DNA of 64,000 nucleotides, from IMG/VR virus record IMGVR_UViG_2608642293_000001, positions 44,874 to 108,873 of that record. One strand, 5' to 3'. This document shows, one piece after another, positions 49,039 through 59,630 of the stretch. Each line of letters opens with the position of its first letter. Positions within the stretch are counted from its first letter, which is position 1. This DNA is from a virus (lineage: Duplodnaviria > Caudoviricetes). The translations under genes and the position numbers were made by a program. Below the pieces are notes generated by a model that saw nothing but the letters and a program-made list of their open reading frames with translations, had not been told where the DNA came from and did no database searches.

Positions 49039-50100
49039 TTGGACACATTTTATAAAAGCGCGGAGCAATATTATTCAGAAATGATTAACACATTAAAAGA
49101 TACCGATACAAGTGAACATAGTATTATAAGAAATGCTTTGTCACCATCAAGTTATGTATTTTCTCAAATTTCTTTAATTCTAGACGAAATTCCTAAAATG
49201 ATATTTGCAAAATCTGCACTTGAAAATGATTATATAGACACTTTAGAACAGAGATGCGCTGAAATGGGAATATACAGAAAACAAGCTACAAAAGCCACTG
49301 GAATTATAAAAATTCTTGGTAATAAAAATGCGGTGTTTCCAGAACAATCTATAGTTACAACTAAATCTGGAAAAACTTATATGACACAAGAAAAAATTAT
49401 TATAGACGAAAATGGAGTAGGCTATGCAAATATAGCGGCTAGTGATTATGGTAGTGCCTATAATTGTTCTGAGGGTGACATATATATTATGCCTGTAAAA
49501 TATAGTGGAATATTTACAATAGCAAATGAAGAAAAAATTGATAATGGTTATGATATTGAAACCGCTGAAGCTCTATATAATAGGTATATATTAAAGGTTC
49601 AAACTCCGGCTACTAGCGGTAACAAGTATCACTATGAACAGTGGGCATTAGAAGTTACAGGTGTAGGATTTGCAAAGTGTATACCAGGAGCAGGTAATGT
49701 AAAATTAATAATAGCAAACAGTAATAAAAGAGCTGCAAATGATGAACTTATAAAAGAAGTTTATAGCCATATAAATGAAGTAAGACCAATATTAGCAGGT
49801 ACATTGACAGTAGTTACTGTAAAAGAAATAACAATAAATATAACCGCAAATGTAGAAATAGATTCCAGTGTTATATTAGGTGATGTACAAAACATATTTG
49901 CAAGTGCAGCAAAAGAATATTTAAGTAATAAAGTTTATACAACTAAGAAAGTAAGCTTAGCAAAACTGGGAGGAATTTTAGTTGATATCGATGGAGTAAT
50001 AGATTATGCAGAGCTTAAAATAAACAATGGAACATCTAATATAACTTTAGGAGATGAAGAAATTGCAGTTATTGGTTCTGTTTCGCTAGGGGTGATTTAG
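49039..50100 (+). CDS. Baseplate J-like protein (XkdT)
   Basis: GIYRKQATKATG; GYDIET; PATSGNKYHYEQWALEVTGVG. Confidence 0.88.
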   Translation: MDTFYKSAEQYYSEMINTLKDTDTSEHSIIRNALSPSSYVFSQISLILDEIPKMIFAKSALENDYIDTLEQRCAEMGIYRKQATKATGIIKILGNKNAVFPEQSIVTTKSGKTYMTQEKIIIDENGVGYANIAASDYGSAYNCSEGDIYIMPVKYSGIFTIANEEKIDNGYDIETAEALYNRYILKVQTPATSGNKYHYEQWALEVTGVGFAKCIPGAGNVKLIIANSNKRAANDELIKEVYSHINEVRPILAGTLTVVTVKEITINITANVEIDSSVILGDVQNIFASAAKEYLSNKVYTTKKVSLAKLGGILVDIDGVIDYAELKINNGTSNITLGDEEIAVIGSVSLGVI

Positions 50101-50102
50101 AA

Positions 50103-52382
50103 TTGGATATAACAAAATTTAATGAAAAACTAAATAGGATTAGCGGAAATGTTTATACCATAGAAGAAGAAGTTATTCCAGTAAATGGGGTATATGAAGC
50201 TGCGTTAATACATGATAATGTAACTACAAGTACAATAAATGTTTATACAGGTTCTAAGCTTACTGGAGATAAAATAAACACTTATTCTTCAAGTACTCCA
50301 TCATTAACTCCATGGAAAACAATAATTAAGATATTCAGTAGTGCGCCTAAATTATATATATCTTATGAAACTACAGGTGACCAGATTGAAGCAGAAGATG
50401 TTAATAAACTTCAGGATGCAGTTGTTGAAACCCAAGAAAATCTTAATAATGAAATTAATAGAGCTACTAATGCTGAAAAGGTGCTAAATGATAATTTAAA
50501 TACAGAAATATCAAGAGCAAAGAGTTCAGAAAATACTATAATAAATAACTTGAATTCCGAGGTTACTAGAGCAAAAAGCGCTGAAACTACATTAACTAGT
50601 AATTTAACTAATGAAGTTAATAGAGCGACAGCAGCGGAAAACACTTTGAATAATAACTTTAATTCAGAAGTAAATAGAGCTAAATCGGCTGAAAGTACGT
50701 TGACAGCTAATCTTAACGCTGAAGTAACAAGAGCTACTAATGCAGAGAGCACCTTAACCAACAATCTTAATTCTGAAATTACTCGTGCTAAAGCCGCAGA
50801 AAATACACTTACAAATACAATTAATACTAATAAGCCTAATTGGGATGATAAATATACAAAGAATGAAGTTGATAATAAAATAAACCAGGTTGTTAGTAAT
50901 ATGGATTGGAAAGAATCTGTAGCAACTTATTCTGATATAGCAACAACCTATCCAACACCTGATGATGGATGGACAGTTAATGTTAAAGATACAGATATTA
51001 CTTATAGGTATAGTGGAAGTGCATGGATTCCTATTAGTGCTAACTCTATTCCTTTAGCTTCATCTAGCGTTGATGGTAAGATGTCAAAGCAAGATAAGCT
51101 AGACCATGATGATATGAATAGTAAAAAACATACACATTCTAATAAAGGGATTATAGATATTATTACTCAAGCTTTAATTGATAACTGGAATGCTGCTTAT
51201 ACTCATATTTCGGATACAGTAAAGCATATTACAGCAGCAGAAAGGACTTTGTGGAATTCAGTAAATAACAAATCAGATGTGGGACATACTCATATAGCTG
51301 TAAATATTACTGATTTAATATCTACAATAAGATCATGTGTATTAGCTGGTTTATCTACTACCACAAATTCAATAATTAGTGCGTCTGATACTGTACTTGG
51401 AGCATTGGGGAAATTACAGTCACAAATCACAGCAAATTTAAGCACATTAACCAATCATACGAGTAACACAAATAATCCTCATTCGACTACTGCAAGCCAA
51501 ATAGGATTGGGGAATGTAACTAACGACTCTCAAGTAAAAAGAAGTGAAATGGGAGTCGCTAATGGGGTGGCCACACTTGATAGTTCTGGCGTTAATAATC
51601 AAGCTCCTAAGCCTCATACACATGATGATAGATATTATACAGAATCAGAAGCAAATGCGAAATTTGCAACTAAAGATGAAATATCTACTGCTGGATATGG
51701 TGATATGCTTAAAAGCGTATATGATACTAATAATAATGGAGTAGTAGATAGGGCAGAAAAATTATCTACTGCAAGAAAAATAAATGGTGTTAATTTTGAT
51801 GGTGGTGGTGATGTAACGATTTATGATAATACTAAATTGCCATTAACAGGTGGAACTGTAACAGGAAGAACATTATTTAATCAAGGCATTTCAATTATTA
51901 ATATAAATGGAGGTGCTGGAACTGCAGGCTTTATGTATTTTGCACAAATAAAAGTAAATTCAAGCTATCAAAATCAACCAATAGTTTTTTATATTCATCA
52001 AAGAGAGAGATTTGGTACTATAATCATAAAATTTAATAGCCAAAATACATCTGATCCAACTTTATCGTATATAAATAAAATTGGGAACATTAATGCATAT
52101 ATATATAAATCTGCAACCAGCACATGGGATTTATATATTCAAAAATCAGAAGGATATGATTCTATAGATATAGTTGGTTTTAGTAAAGGAGATTACATGA
52201 ATTCTACATCTGTAACATGGCAATCTTCAACTGTAACTTCGCTTCCAACCGGATATACAGAAGCGTCAATAGCAACAATAGATATTATTTCTACTAGAGC
52301 CAACCAAGACTCTGATGGAAAACAAATTAATAGTACCTATGTAAAAAAAGGTATGACATGGAATGATTTAGAGGGGGTATAA
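50103..52382 (+). CDS. Tail fibre-like protein with coiled-coil repeats
   Basis: 18-aa repeats; HTH/HTHDDRYYTE fibre motifs; ARKINGVNFDG; LPLTGGTVTG. Confidence 0.75.
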   Translation: MDITKFNEKLNRISGNVYTIEEEVIPVNGVYEAALIHDNVTTSTINVYTGSKLTGDKINTYSSSTPSLTPWKTIIKIFSSAPKLYISYETTGDQIEAEDVNKLQDAVVETQENLNNEINRATNAEKVLNDNLNTEISRAKSSENTIINNLNSEVTRAKSAETTLTSNLTNEVNRATAAENTLNNNFNSEVNRAKSAESTLTANLNAEVTRATNAESTLTNNLNSEITRAKAAENTLTNTINTNKPNWDDKYTKNEVDNKINQVVSNMDWKESVATYSDIATTYPTPDDGWTVNVKDTDITYRYSGSAWIPISANSIPLASSSVDGKMSKQDKLDHDDMNSKKHTHSNKGIIDIITQALIDNWNAAYTHISDTVKHITAAERTLWNSVNNKSDVGHTHIAVNITDLISTIRSCVLAGLSTTTNSIISASDTVLGALGKLQSQITANLSTLTNHTSNTNNPHSTTASQIGLGNVTNDSQVKRSEMGVANGVATLDSSGVNNQAPKPHTHDDRYYTESEANAKFATKDEISTAGYGDMLKSVYDTNNNGVVDRAEKLSTARKINGVNFDGGGDVTIYDNTKLPLTGGTVTGRTLFNQGISIININGGAGTAGFMYFAQIKVNSSYQNQPIVFYIHQRERFGTIIIKFNSQNTSDPTLSYINKIGNINAYIYKSATSTWDLYIQKSEGYDSIDIVGFSKGDYMNSTSVTWQSSTVTSLPTGYTEASIATIDIISTRANQDSDGKQINSTYVKKGMTWNDLEGV
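50442..50819 (+). repeat. Seven tandem 54-bp (18-aa) repeats, consensus LNSEVTRAK.AE.TLTNN
   Basis: Read directly in the translation. Confidence 0.85.
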
Positions 52383-52383
52383 T

Positions 52384-53004
52384 ATGCAGTATGGAATAAG
52401 TCAATATGGATTAATACAGTATGCAGAAAATACTCCAACTAAAGAGGATTTAGAAAAATATTTTGTTGATTTAACTAAATATGTACCAATATTTATATGG
52501 GAAAATAATGATATTATGCAGGCTATCTATAAATCACAGGGTGATGAATTAGGTAGTCTTTTATATTGCCTAGAAGATTTACAAAAACAATTTTATATCG
52601 ATACTGCTACATGGGGAATTGATCTATGGGAAGAAGAATATGGAATAACAACCAATCTTAATTATAGCTATGAACAGCGTAGGGAAGTTGTAAAGGCTAA
52701 AAAAAGAGGTCAAGGAACTTGTACAATAGCATTAATAAAAAGTGTTGCTGAGGCTTTTAGTGGTGGAGAGGTTAATGTTATAGAGAATACTGGACCTTAT
52801 ACTTTTACAATACAATTCGTTGGAGTAAAAGGAATACCAAAGAATATGCAAGGTTTAAAAAATGCATTAGATAATATTAAGCCTGCACATTTGGTATATG
52901 ACTTTAAATACACTTATACATCTTGGGATTATTTAGACAGTAAAAATTTATCTTATAACAATGCTGAAAGCATTAAGTGGGATGATTTAGAAATATACGA
53001 CTAA
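52384..53004 (+). CDS. XkdU/YmfQ (DUF2313) baseplate protein
   Basis: QFYIDTATWGIDLWE..RRE.VKAK.RG.GT; IKPAHL. Confidence 0.85.
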   Translation: MQYGISQYGLIQYAENTPTKEDLEKYFVDLTKYVPIFIWENNDIMQAIYKSQGDELGSLLYCLEDLQKQFYIDTATWGIDLWEEEYGITTNLNYSYEQRREVVKAKKRGQGTCTIALIKSVAEAFSGGEVNVIENTGPYTFTIQFVGVKGIPKNMQGLKNALDNIKPAHLVYDFKYTYTSWDYLDSKNLSYNNAESIKWDDLEIYD

Positions 53005-53017
53005 GGAGGATGATTAA

Positions 53018-54031
53018 ATGCAATTATCAAGTAATTATGGACTTAAATTATTTGAAGGAACTGACAATGTTAAAAGGCAAGATTTTGTAGATAACTTTAC
53101 AAAAATTGATTCTGTAATGAAAGAATACGAGACGCACTTGTCAGATATGGTGTATCAAACAGCAGGAGGATCTGCTGCAGCCATAACACTTGCAATCAAA
53201 GGAACTTTAGTAAATGGATATCCAATGACTTTTATAGCAAGTGCAAATAATGGTGGAGCTGCAACAACTATAAATGGTAAAAAATTATATAAACCAGGAA
53301 CGACAACATCACCAAATTTAATATCAGGAAAAGCATATACAGTTTGGTATAACTCAACTGGAGACAGTGGTAAGGGATGTTTTTTTATCAAAGCTAGTGC
53401 AGAGGGTGATGCTGATGTTTCTCATGTACTAGCAACTAAAAAATTCAGCAATGATAATGATACAGGGTTAATCGGAACAATGCCTAATAATGGAGCTATA
53501 GTTCAGTCATTGCCTATAAATGGTTCCTATACAATTCCTAAAGGATATCATGATGGAACTGGAAAGGTAACTCAAAGCATTCCAACAAAAGCGGGAGTAA
53601 CAATTAATCCTAGTACATCACAACAAAAAATAAGCGCAGGTCAATACTTAAGTGGAGATCAAATAATAGCCGCTATTACAGGAACTGCAACAGATGCTGA
53701 TGTAGTAGTGGGGAAAACATATAATTCAGCAGCGGGTATATTACGTACTGGAACTGCGACAATTGAAAGTCTAGGCGGAAAGCAATTTACAAGTGGTTCA
53801 CTTACAGTAATAACTGAAACAATGACAATTAATTTACCATTTACACCAAGAATATTCATAATGGGGAATCTTCAGGGGACTGGAGGATTATATGTATTTT
53901 TTGCTGATAAAGGTGATGGAATGCGCATTACTGGAGGTACTGGATGGTTTAATGCTAGTGCTGGTAGTAACACATTTACTGTAAGAGGATTATGGGTAGG
54001 AGATGTATATAGTTGGTGGGCATGGGAATAA
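53018..54031 (+). CDS. Tail fibre / receptor-binding protein
   Basis: GTMPNNG, YTIPKGYHDGTGKV and GTATDADVVVGKTY motifs. Confidence 0.7.
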   Translation: MQLSSNYGLKLFEGTDNVKRQDFVDNFTKIDSVMKEYETHLSDMVYQTAGGSAAAITLAIKGTLVNGYPMTFIASANNGGAATTINGKKLYKPGTTTSPNLISGKAYTVWYNSTGDSGKGCFFIKASAEGDADVSHVLATKKFSNDNDTGLIGTMPNNGAIVQSLPINGSYTIPKGYHDGTGKVTQSIPTKAGVTINPSTSQQKISAGQYLSGDQIIAAITGTATDADVVVGKTYNSAAGILRTGTATIESLGGKQFTSGSLTVITETMTINLPFTPRIFIMGNLQGTGGLYVFFADKGDGMRITGGTGWFNASAGSNTFTVRGLWVGDVYSWWAWE

Positions 54032-54052
54032 AATTAGAAAGGATATGATGAA

Positions 54053-54331
54053 ATGAAAGTATTATTAATCTATGATAGTAAAGGGAAACAATATATGACA
54101 ATGATGGGAGAAAACATTGAAGAGCCTACAGGGGCGATACAATCTTTAGTAGTAGATGTTCCAGAAGGTCAAATTTTAAAAGGTGTTGATGTTTCTGTTA
54201 CACCAAATAAACCAATACTTGAGGATATACCAAAAACAGAAATTGAACTTTTAAAGGATCAAGTAAATGACTTAGCACAAGCAAATGCAGAGTTAACAAG
54301 TATAGTAGCAATGGGAAAAACCAATGCTTAG
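54053..54331 (+). CDS. Tail fibre-associated protein
   Basis: Position; C-terminal coiled coil. Confidence 0.6.
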   Translation: MKVLLIYDSKGKQYMTMMGENIEEPTGAIQSLVVDVPEGQILKGVDVSVTPNKPILEDIPKTEIELLKDQVNDLAQANAELTSIVAMGKTNA

Positions 54332-54365
54332 TATAATGAATTTAATTTTAAGGAGAGTGTTTAGA

Positions 54366-54539
54366 ATGCAATTTAACAAGAATAGTGGATGTGTAAAAGT
54401 ATGGGTAACCTTAATAGTAGGAGGCACCTATGAATATAAGGATGTTCCTAATCTTTTGAATTTACAAGAGCAAGTAAAATTAGTCCTTGTGGATATTGGA
54501 GCTATGGAAGATACAACTACAGAAAGTACTGCGTCATAG
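54366..54539 (+). CDS. Small tail-end phage protein
   Basis: SGCVKVWVTLIVGGTY...VP.L.NL.EQV; RBS aggag. Confidence 0.6.
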   Translation: MQFNKNSGCVKVWVTLIVGGTYEYKDVPNLLNLQEQVKLVLVDIGAMEDTTTESTAS

Positions 54540-54720
54540 GAAAATATGAAGTAGCAAATAAAAGGAGATAAAGTAATAGATCAGCACCAATGAGGTGTTT
54601 TTTTTATTGCTTACTTTATAAGAAAAGAGGTTGAATTAATTGAAAAATATTGGTACTATAAAAAAAAGTAGGATAATATTAGAATTGACTCCAAATAGTA
54701 ATCTAGATAGGAGAAGGAGT

Positions 54721-55902
54721 ATGAAAATTAAAAGTATAAATATAAGCGGAATTGGTGGAATAAAGAAAATAAATTTAGAATTTAATAGTGGCTTAAATTT
54801 AATTTGTGGAACAAATGGTATAGGAAAAACAACTATTCTTGAATCAATATCTCATTGTTTTTCAACTACATCGGATAATATTAATGTTTTAAAAAAACAT
54901 GTTGGATACGATAAGGGAACAGTAACTTTAGAGTATACATTATCGAATATAAATGGCATCATGAGAGATGAATATGATATAACAGAATTCAATGCTTTTA
55001 AGAATGATATATTGTACAAATCATCAGAGAATAGTTTATCAGTTCTATTTTTTAATACAGATAGAAGATTAGATTACAAAAAACTTGCTGGAATTATGGC
55101 TGATGAAGAAGTTGACAATTATAAAGCAAGTTTAAGAGCTAAAAACGGAATTGATGCGAATTATATAAAAAGTTGGTTTATAAATAGGTATCTTTTTTCT
55201 AAACAAGATAATGGATTAACGACTGAACAAGAAGAAAATCTTAAATTAGCTTTAAGTGTTTTTAGTATATTGGATAAAAATATTATATTTTCAAAAATTA
55301 TGTCAGATTCACTAGATATTTTAGTTAATACCTCACAAGGGGAAATTTACCTAGAATATTTATCATCTGGATATAAATCATGTTTGTATATATTGCTTGG
55401 GATTATAAAGGAGATTGAGTTTAGATTTAAAGCACCGAGAATCAATATAAAAAACTTTGATGGTGTGATACTAATTGACGAAATAGATTTGCATCTGCAT
55501 CCTGAATGGCAATCACAACTAGTAAGCGCATTAAAAAATATGCTGCCTAATGCACAAATTATAGCAACAACCCACAGTCCTAATATGATACAATCGGTAT
55601 TGCCTAATGAAATTATTCCATTATCAGTGGATAAGGATGGGAATGTGTATAAAAAGGACTTGGAACTTGGAGTGCATGGTTTACAAGGGTGGACTATAGA
55701 AGAAATATTGACTGATGTTATGGGATTAAGAAGCACTTCATCTCAATTATATCTAGATACTATAAAAGCTTTTGATAAAGCTATGGATGAAGATGATATA
55801 GATGGAATAAAAAAATATTATGGTATCTTAAACGAAATGTTACATCCAAACAATCCTATAAGGAAAATCTTAAAAATACAAATGGCAGGTTATGTAGAAT
55901 GA
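54721..55902 (+). CDS. ptuA: AAA/ABC ATPase, Septu PtuA-like
   Basis: GTNGIGKT, LSSGY, ILIDEIDLHLHPEWQ and ATTHSP motifs; RBS aggag before ATG 54721. Confidence 0.75.
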   Translation: MKIKSINISGIGGIKKINLEFNSGLNLICGTNGIGKTTILESISHCFSTTSDNINVLKKHVGYDKGTVTLEYTLSNINGIMRDEYDITEFNAFKNDILYKSSENSLSVLFFNTDRRLDYKKLAGIMADEEVDNYKASLRAKNGIDANYIKSWFINRYLFSKQDNGLTTEQEENLKLALSVFSILDKNIIFSKIMSDSLDILVNTSQGEIYLEYLSSGYKSCLYILLGIIKEIEFRFKAPRINIKNFDGVILIDEIDLHLHPEWQSQLVSALKNMLPNAQIIATTHSPNMIQSVLPNEIIPLSVDKDGNVYKKDLELGVHGLQGWTIEEILTDVMGLRSTSSQLYLDTIKAFDKAMDEDDIDGIKKYYGILNEMLHPNNPIRKILKIQMAGYVE

Positions 55903-56657
55903 TATTTTTAAAAAGAAATTCTAAACCAATAAAATTAACAGAAGAACTTGAAGAAAGATTAAAAGAGGAATTTAGAAATAATAAGGATATTCCTGTGTGG
56001 AGACAAAAATTTATTATTGAAAGTTTGCTCAATATGTCTGATAATAAATGCTGCTATTGCGAAACAAAACTAAACGAAGAAGGGAAATCAATGCATGTTG
56101 AGCATTTTCATCCCAAAGATATTTATCCTGAAGAAGTTGTAAAATGGGAGAATTTACTTCCATCTTGTGGCCGTTGCAATAGCAATAAAGGCACCCATGA
56201 TACTAAGAGTGAGCCGATAATTAACCCAACAATTAATAACCCTAAAGATTATTTTTACTTTTATAATTATAGATACAAAAGTAAAAATAGAAATAAATTA
56301 GCAAGTAATACTATTGATGTGCTGTATTTAAATGATACAACTACAATAGTAAAGGCAAGATTTAATATTTGTAATGCAATAATAGACAAGTTAAGTGAAA
56401 TTGATGAATTGCTATATGATTATATTCAAGGTACTAATGTTTCAACCAGACGTAGAAATAGAATTGTGAATGGAATTAAAGATATACTTAAAAGTTCACA
56501 GCCAACAGAAGAATATAGCGCTATTGTAGCAACAACAGTAATTAATGATGACAACTATAAACATATAAAAGAGGAGCTATTAAAATTAAATTTGTGGGAT
56601 TTAGAAATAACTAATTTAGAGAAAGAAGCTATAAATATAATGTATGATAACAATTAA
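55899..56657 (+). CDS. ptuB: HNH endonuclease, Septu PtuB-like
   Basis: KCCYCE..VEHFHPK..WENLLPSCGRCN..K..IINP; ATGA overlap with ATPase. Confidence 0.75.
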   Translation: MIFLKRNSKPIKLTEELEERLKEEFRNNKDIPVWRQKFIIESLLNMSDNKCCYCETKLNEEGKSMHVEHFHPKDIYPEEVVKWENLLPSCGRCNSNKGTHDTKSEPIINPTINNPKDYFYFYNYRYKSKNRNKLASNTIDVLYLNDTTTIVKARFNICNAIIDKLSEIDELLYDYIQGTNVSTRRRNRIVNGIKDILKSSQPTEEYSAIVATTVINDDNYKHIKEELLKLNLWDLEITNLEKEAINIMYDNN

Positions 56658-56752
56658 ATTAGTAATTACATATAAGAAATAAAATAGGACTAGCAATAGT
56701 CCTTTTTTATTTCTTATTTTAATAAAAAGTTTGAAACAAGGTAGGGTGTAAT

Positions 56753-56989
56753 ATGAATGAAGAATTAATAAGAGATAAAATAGAAACGCATGATAAAAGG
56801 CTTAATAATCATGGAAATAGACTAGATAAACTTGAACAGGATGGGCGAGAACTCAAGACGGAACTTAAGAATTTATGTGAAAATCTTAAAAATTTAACAA
56901 GTATGATGAAGTGGTTTATAACTGCAATCGGAGGAGCTTTAATAAGCTTCTTTTTTTACGCAGTTCAAACAGGAATATTTAACAAATAA
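56753..56989 (+). CDS. Haemolysin XhlA-family lysis protein
   Basis: Near-identical to 870-1106. Confidence 0.75.
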   Translation: MNEELIRDKIETHDKRLNNHGNRLDKLEQDGRELKTELKNLCENLKNLTSMMKWFITAIGGALISFFFYAVQTGIFNK

Positions 56990-57004
56990 TTGGAGGTATG
57001 TAAA

Positions 57005-57445
57005 ATGATAAGAACAGCATTAAAGTTGATAATTAAGGTATTAGAAAGTAAGTTAATTAAAAGTGGACTAGAGGAAACTATACTAAAGAATAAAAATTAT
57101 ATTACTGTAGGAAAAGCTATTTGGAACATAGTAGATGAGAACTTTAGAATAAGTAAAACTGTAGAGGAGAAGGTATTATCTAAAGCAGATCAGTTTGATA
57201 AATTGCTATTAGCTAAGTTTCCAGAGCTAAGCCAAGATGATGTAGTAGAAATCAGGCAGAGCATTGCAGGGGAGATAAATCAAGGAAAAGATGTGGTTGT
57301 AGATAATTCTACCTTAATTAAGCAGTTGCAGGATGATAATACAAATCTAAAAGCTGAATTAGCAGCATTAACAGAACAATTTAATAAAGTTCAAGCGTTA
57401 TTAGTAAAACCTGCTGATGTAAGCACACAACAAGTAACAGCTTAG
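57005..57445 (+). CDS. Phage lysis-cassette protein
   Basis: Near-identical to 1122-1562. Confidence 0.6.
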   Translation: MIRTALKLIIKVLESKLIKSGLEETILKNKNYITVGKAIWNIVDENFRISKTVEEKVLSKADQFDKLLLAKFPELSQDDVVEIRQSIAGEINQGKDVVVDNSTLIKQLQDDNTNLKAELAALTEQFNKVQALLVKPADVSTQQVTA

Positions 57446-57504
57446 TATTTAGAGCAGCCTTTATAGATTGCTCTTATTTTTTTATTATAGAAAGGATGAT
57501 ATAA

Positions 57505-58290
57505 ATGAAAGGTATAGATATAAGTAATCATAACGGAAATATAAATTTTAACCAGGTAAAAACAGCAGGAGTAGAAGCTGTCTATATTAAAGCTACAGAA
57601 GGGACAACATTTACAGACAGTTATTTGGATACCAATTATTCTAATGCACATTACGCAGGTCTAAGGACAGGATTTTATCATTTCTTAGTTGGAACTAGCG
57701 CTCCAGAAACTCAGGCCAATAGTTTTTATAATGCTATAAAAGATAAAGCTAGTGATCTTATTCCAATGTTAGATGTAGAAACTAATTTTGATGGGCTGAT
57801 GGATTATGTTTTAAGATTTATTACTAAATTTAAAGAGTTATCTAATATGCAAATTGGTATTTATACTTACACTAGCTTTATGGATAACGTAGATAATAGA
57901 ATTGCAGAGTATCCATTATGGGAAGCTAATTATAACAATATCCCATGGAAATTAAACTCTAATTTCTTCACTAATAGAGTAGGACATCAATATTCTGAAA
58001 CAGGATCTGTAAGTGGAATAAATACAGAATGTGATATGAATGAGTTTAATGAAGGAATATTAAATAAAACCACTGGATATGTTGTTACAAACTATTTACC
58101 TAATGGATATCAAGGAGATAGTAGTTTTAATGGCGTTGATGCTGATTATGTGCTCCAATATTTTAAAGGAGTTAGATGTTACTTTAGGGGAAACGAAAAT
58201 GGTGTGTGGATTGAAACTCAAAACTTACCTATGAGCAAATGTTTGGAGTTGAAGGAGATATTGAGGAGCTGGTTCTATAACATAAAATAA
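57505..58290 (+). CDS. GH25 muramidase endolysin
   Basis: GIDISNHNG, YIKATEG and LDVE motifs; paralogue of 1622-2407. Confidence 0.92.
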   Translation: MKGIDISNHNGNINFNQVKTAGVEAVYIKATEGTTFTDSYLDTNYSNAHYAGLRTGFYHFLVGTSAPETQANSFYNAIKDKASDLIPMLDVETNFDGLMDYVLRFITKFKELSNMQIGIYTYTSFMDNVDNRIAEYPLWEANYNNIPWKLNSNFFTNRVGHQYSETGSVSGINTECDMNEFNEGILNKTTGYVVTNYLPNGYQGDSSFNGVDADYVLQYFKGVRCYFRGNENGVWIETQNLPMSKCLELKEILRSWFYNIK

Positions 58291-58588
58291 TTTTTAGTCA
58301 TAGGAGTAGTCATGTTCTATTTATTTTTTGTTGCAAAGCTAAGTTTACAATTTAATATTAGTAGCTGATTATATATTGTGAGAATACAAAAAAAAACATT
58401 TTCAAATCTCTATTTTATTTGTAGAAAACTTGTCATAAAAGTAGTATTATGTAAATATGACAATACAAAAAAGAACTCATTCGATTACAGATACATAATG
58501 AGTTCTTCGTTATAATAGAGTTTGATTAATATGCCTCTATTATAGCATAAAATCTATTAAATATAAATAAATATAATGGAGGATAATT

Positions 58589-59611
58589 ATGAATTTAGAC
58601 GGAAATATTTCTATAACAAATGCAATAGTGCATGTATTAAATCAAGATAAAAGCAATGGTGGACATTTCTTAAGTGATTACGAAATTGAATTGGATGAGA
58701 AATTAAACTCACTTATAATTAAACATATTATAGATGCATTTAAACATGAATCTAGATTATTTGCAAAGTTTATTAATGACGATAATTCAGTAAGAAAATC
58801 TTGTATTGAAATAATAGACAATGAAGAAAATTTTATAGACGAATCAAAGAAAATATCTAGAGAATTATATAGAGCTATGTCAGGAACTAATGCATCATCT
58901 GCCAATCTATTAATATGTAGGTATATGCACGGACCTTTAGTTTCAGTTGCAATCATTAAGTTAGATTTCAATGAAAATTTCTATACCGAAAAAATCGAAG
59001 AGGAGGGTAAAATAAAAATTATTGTTAAACTTAATGGAAATGGTTTTACTAAGAGTCAGAGATTAAGGAAATGTGCTATAATAGATCAAGATATTTTAGA
59101 AGATATAGAGTCAAGTTTTTTATTACTTGATACACAAAATGGCGAAGAAGTTAGTACATATTTTAGAACATCTTTTCTTAATTGTGAATTAATAAATAGT
59201 TCTAAAATCAACACGAACAATGTAATAAAAGAAGTTGTAGGATTTATAAATGAAAAATATGCGTTAGAGCCTAGTAATATGTTTGAAAAAACATATGCAT
59301 TCACAAGCAAATTAGAAAAATCAGAGGATTTTGATATTGATGAAACATTAGCATCAGTTTTTGAAGAAGAAGATTTTAGAGAACAATTTAAAGAAAAGAT
59401 TAAAAGTAAAAAAATAGATTTTGAATTTAAAGTGGACAAAGATTCAGTTGAAAAAAGATTAAAAAGTAGAACTTTGATTACAGAAAATGGTATATCGTTG
59501 AGAGCAAAAGCATCTCTTTTTAATAGTAACGATATTGTGGTTGAAGATATTGATGATGGACTAGCAAATATAATTATTAGGAAGGTTAGGATAAACAAAA
59601 ATAAATTATAA
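58589..59611 (+). CDS. Nucleoid-associated protein (NdpA/YejK-like)
   Basis: I..AIVHVL; IIKHI; ANLLI; AIIKLDF; RLRKCAII; STYFRTSFL.C. Confidence 0.7.
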   Translation: MNLDGNISITNAIVHVLNQDKSNGGHFLSDYEIELDEKLNSLIIKHIIDAFKHESRLFAKFINDDNSVRKSCIEIIDNEENFIDESKKISRELYRAMSGTNASSANLLICRYMHGPLVSVAIIKLDFNENFYTEKIEEEGKIKIIVKLNGNGFTKSQRLRKCAIIDQDILEDIESSFLLLDTQNGEEVSTYFRTSFLNCELINSSKINTNNVIKEVVGFINEKYALEPSNMFEKTYAFTSKLEKSEDFDIDETLASVFEEEDFREQFKEKIKSKKIDFEFKVDKDSVEKRLKSRTLITENGISLRAKASLFNSNDIVVEDIDDGLANIIIRKVRINKNKL

Positions 59612-59630
59612 ATAAATTGGAGGTATAAAT

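Noticed and set aside
53018-54031. Diversity-generating retroelement target in tail fibre
   Set aside because: No template repeat or reverse transcriptase found in the window
54540-56700. Retron-associated PtuAB
   Set aside because: No RT gene and no msr-msd-like structure adjacent
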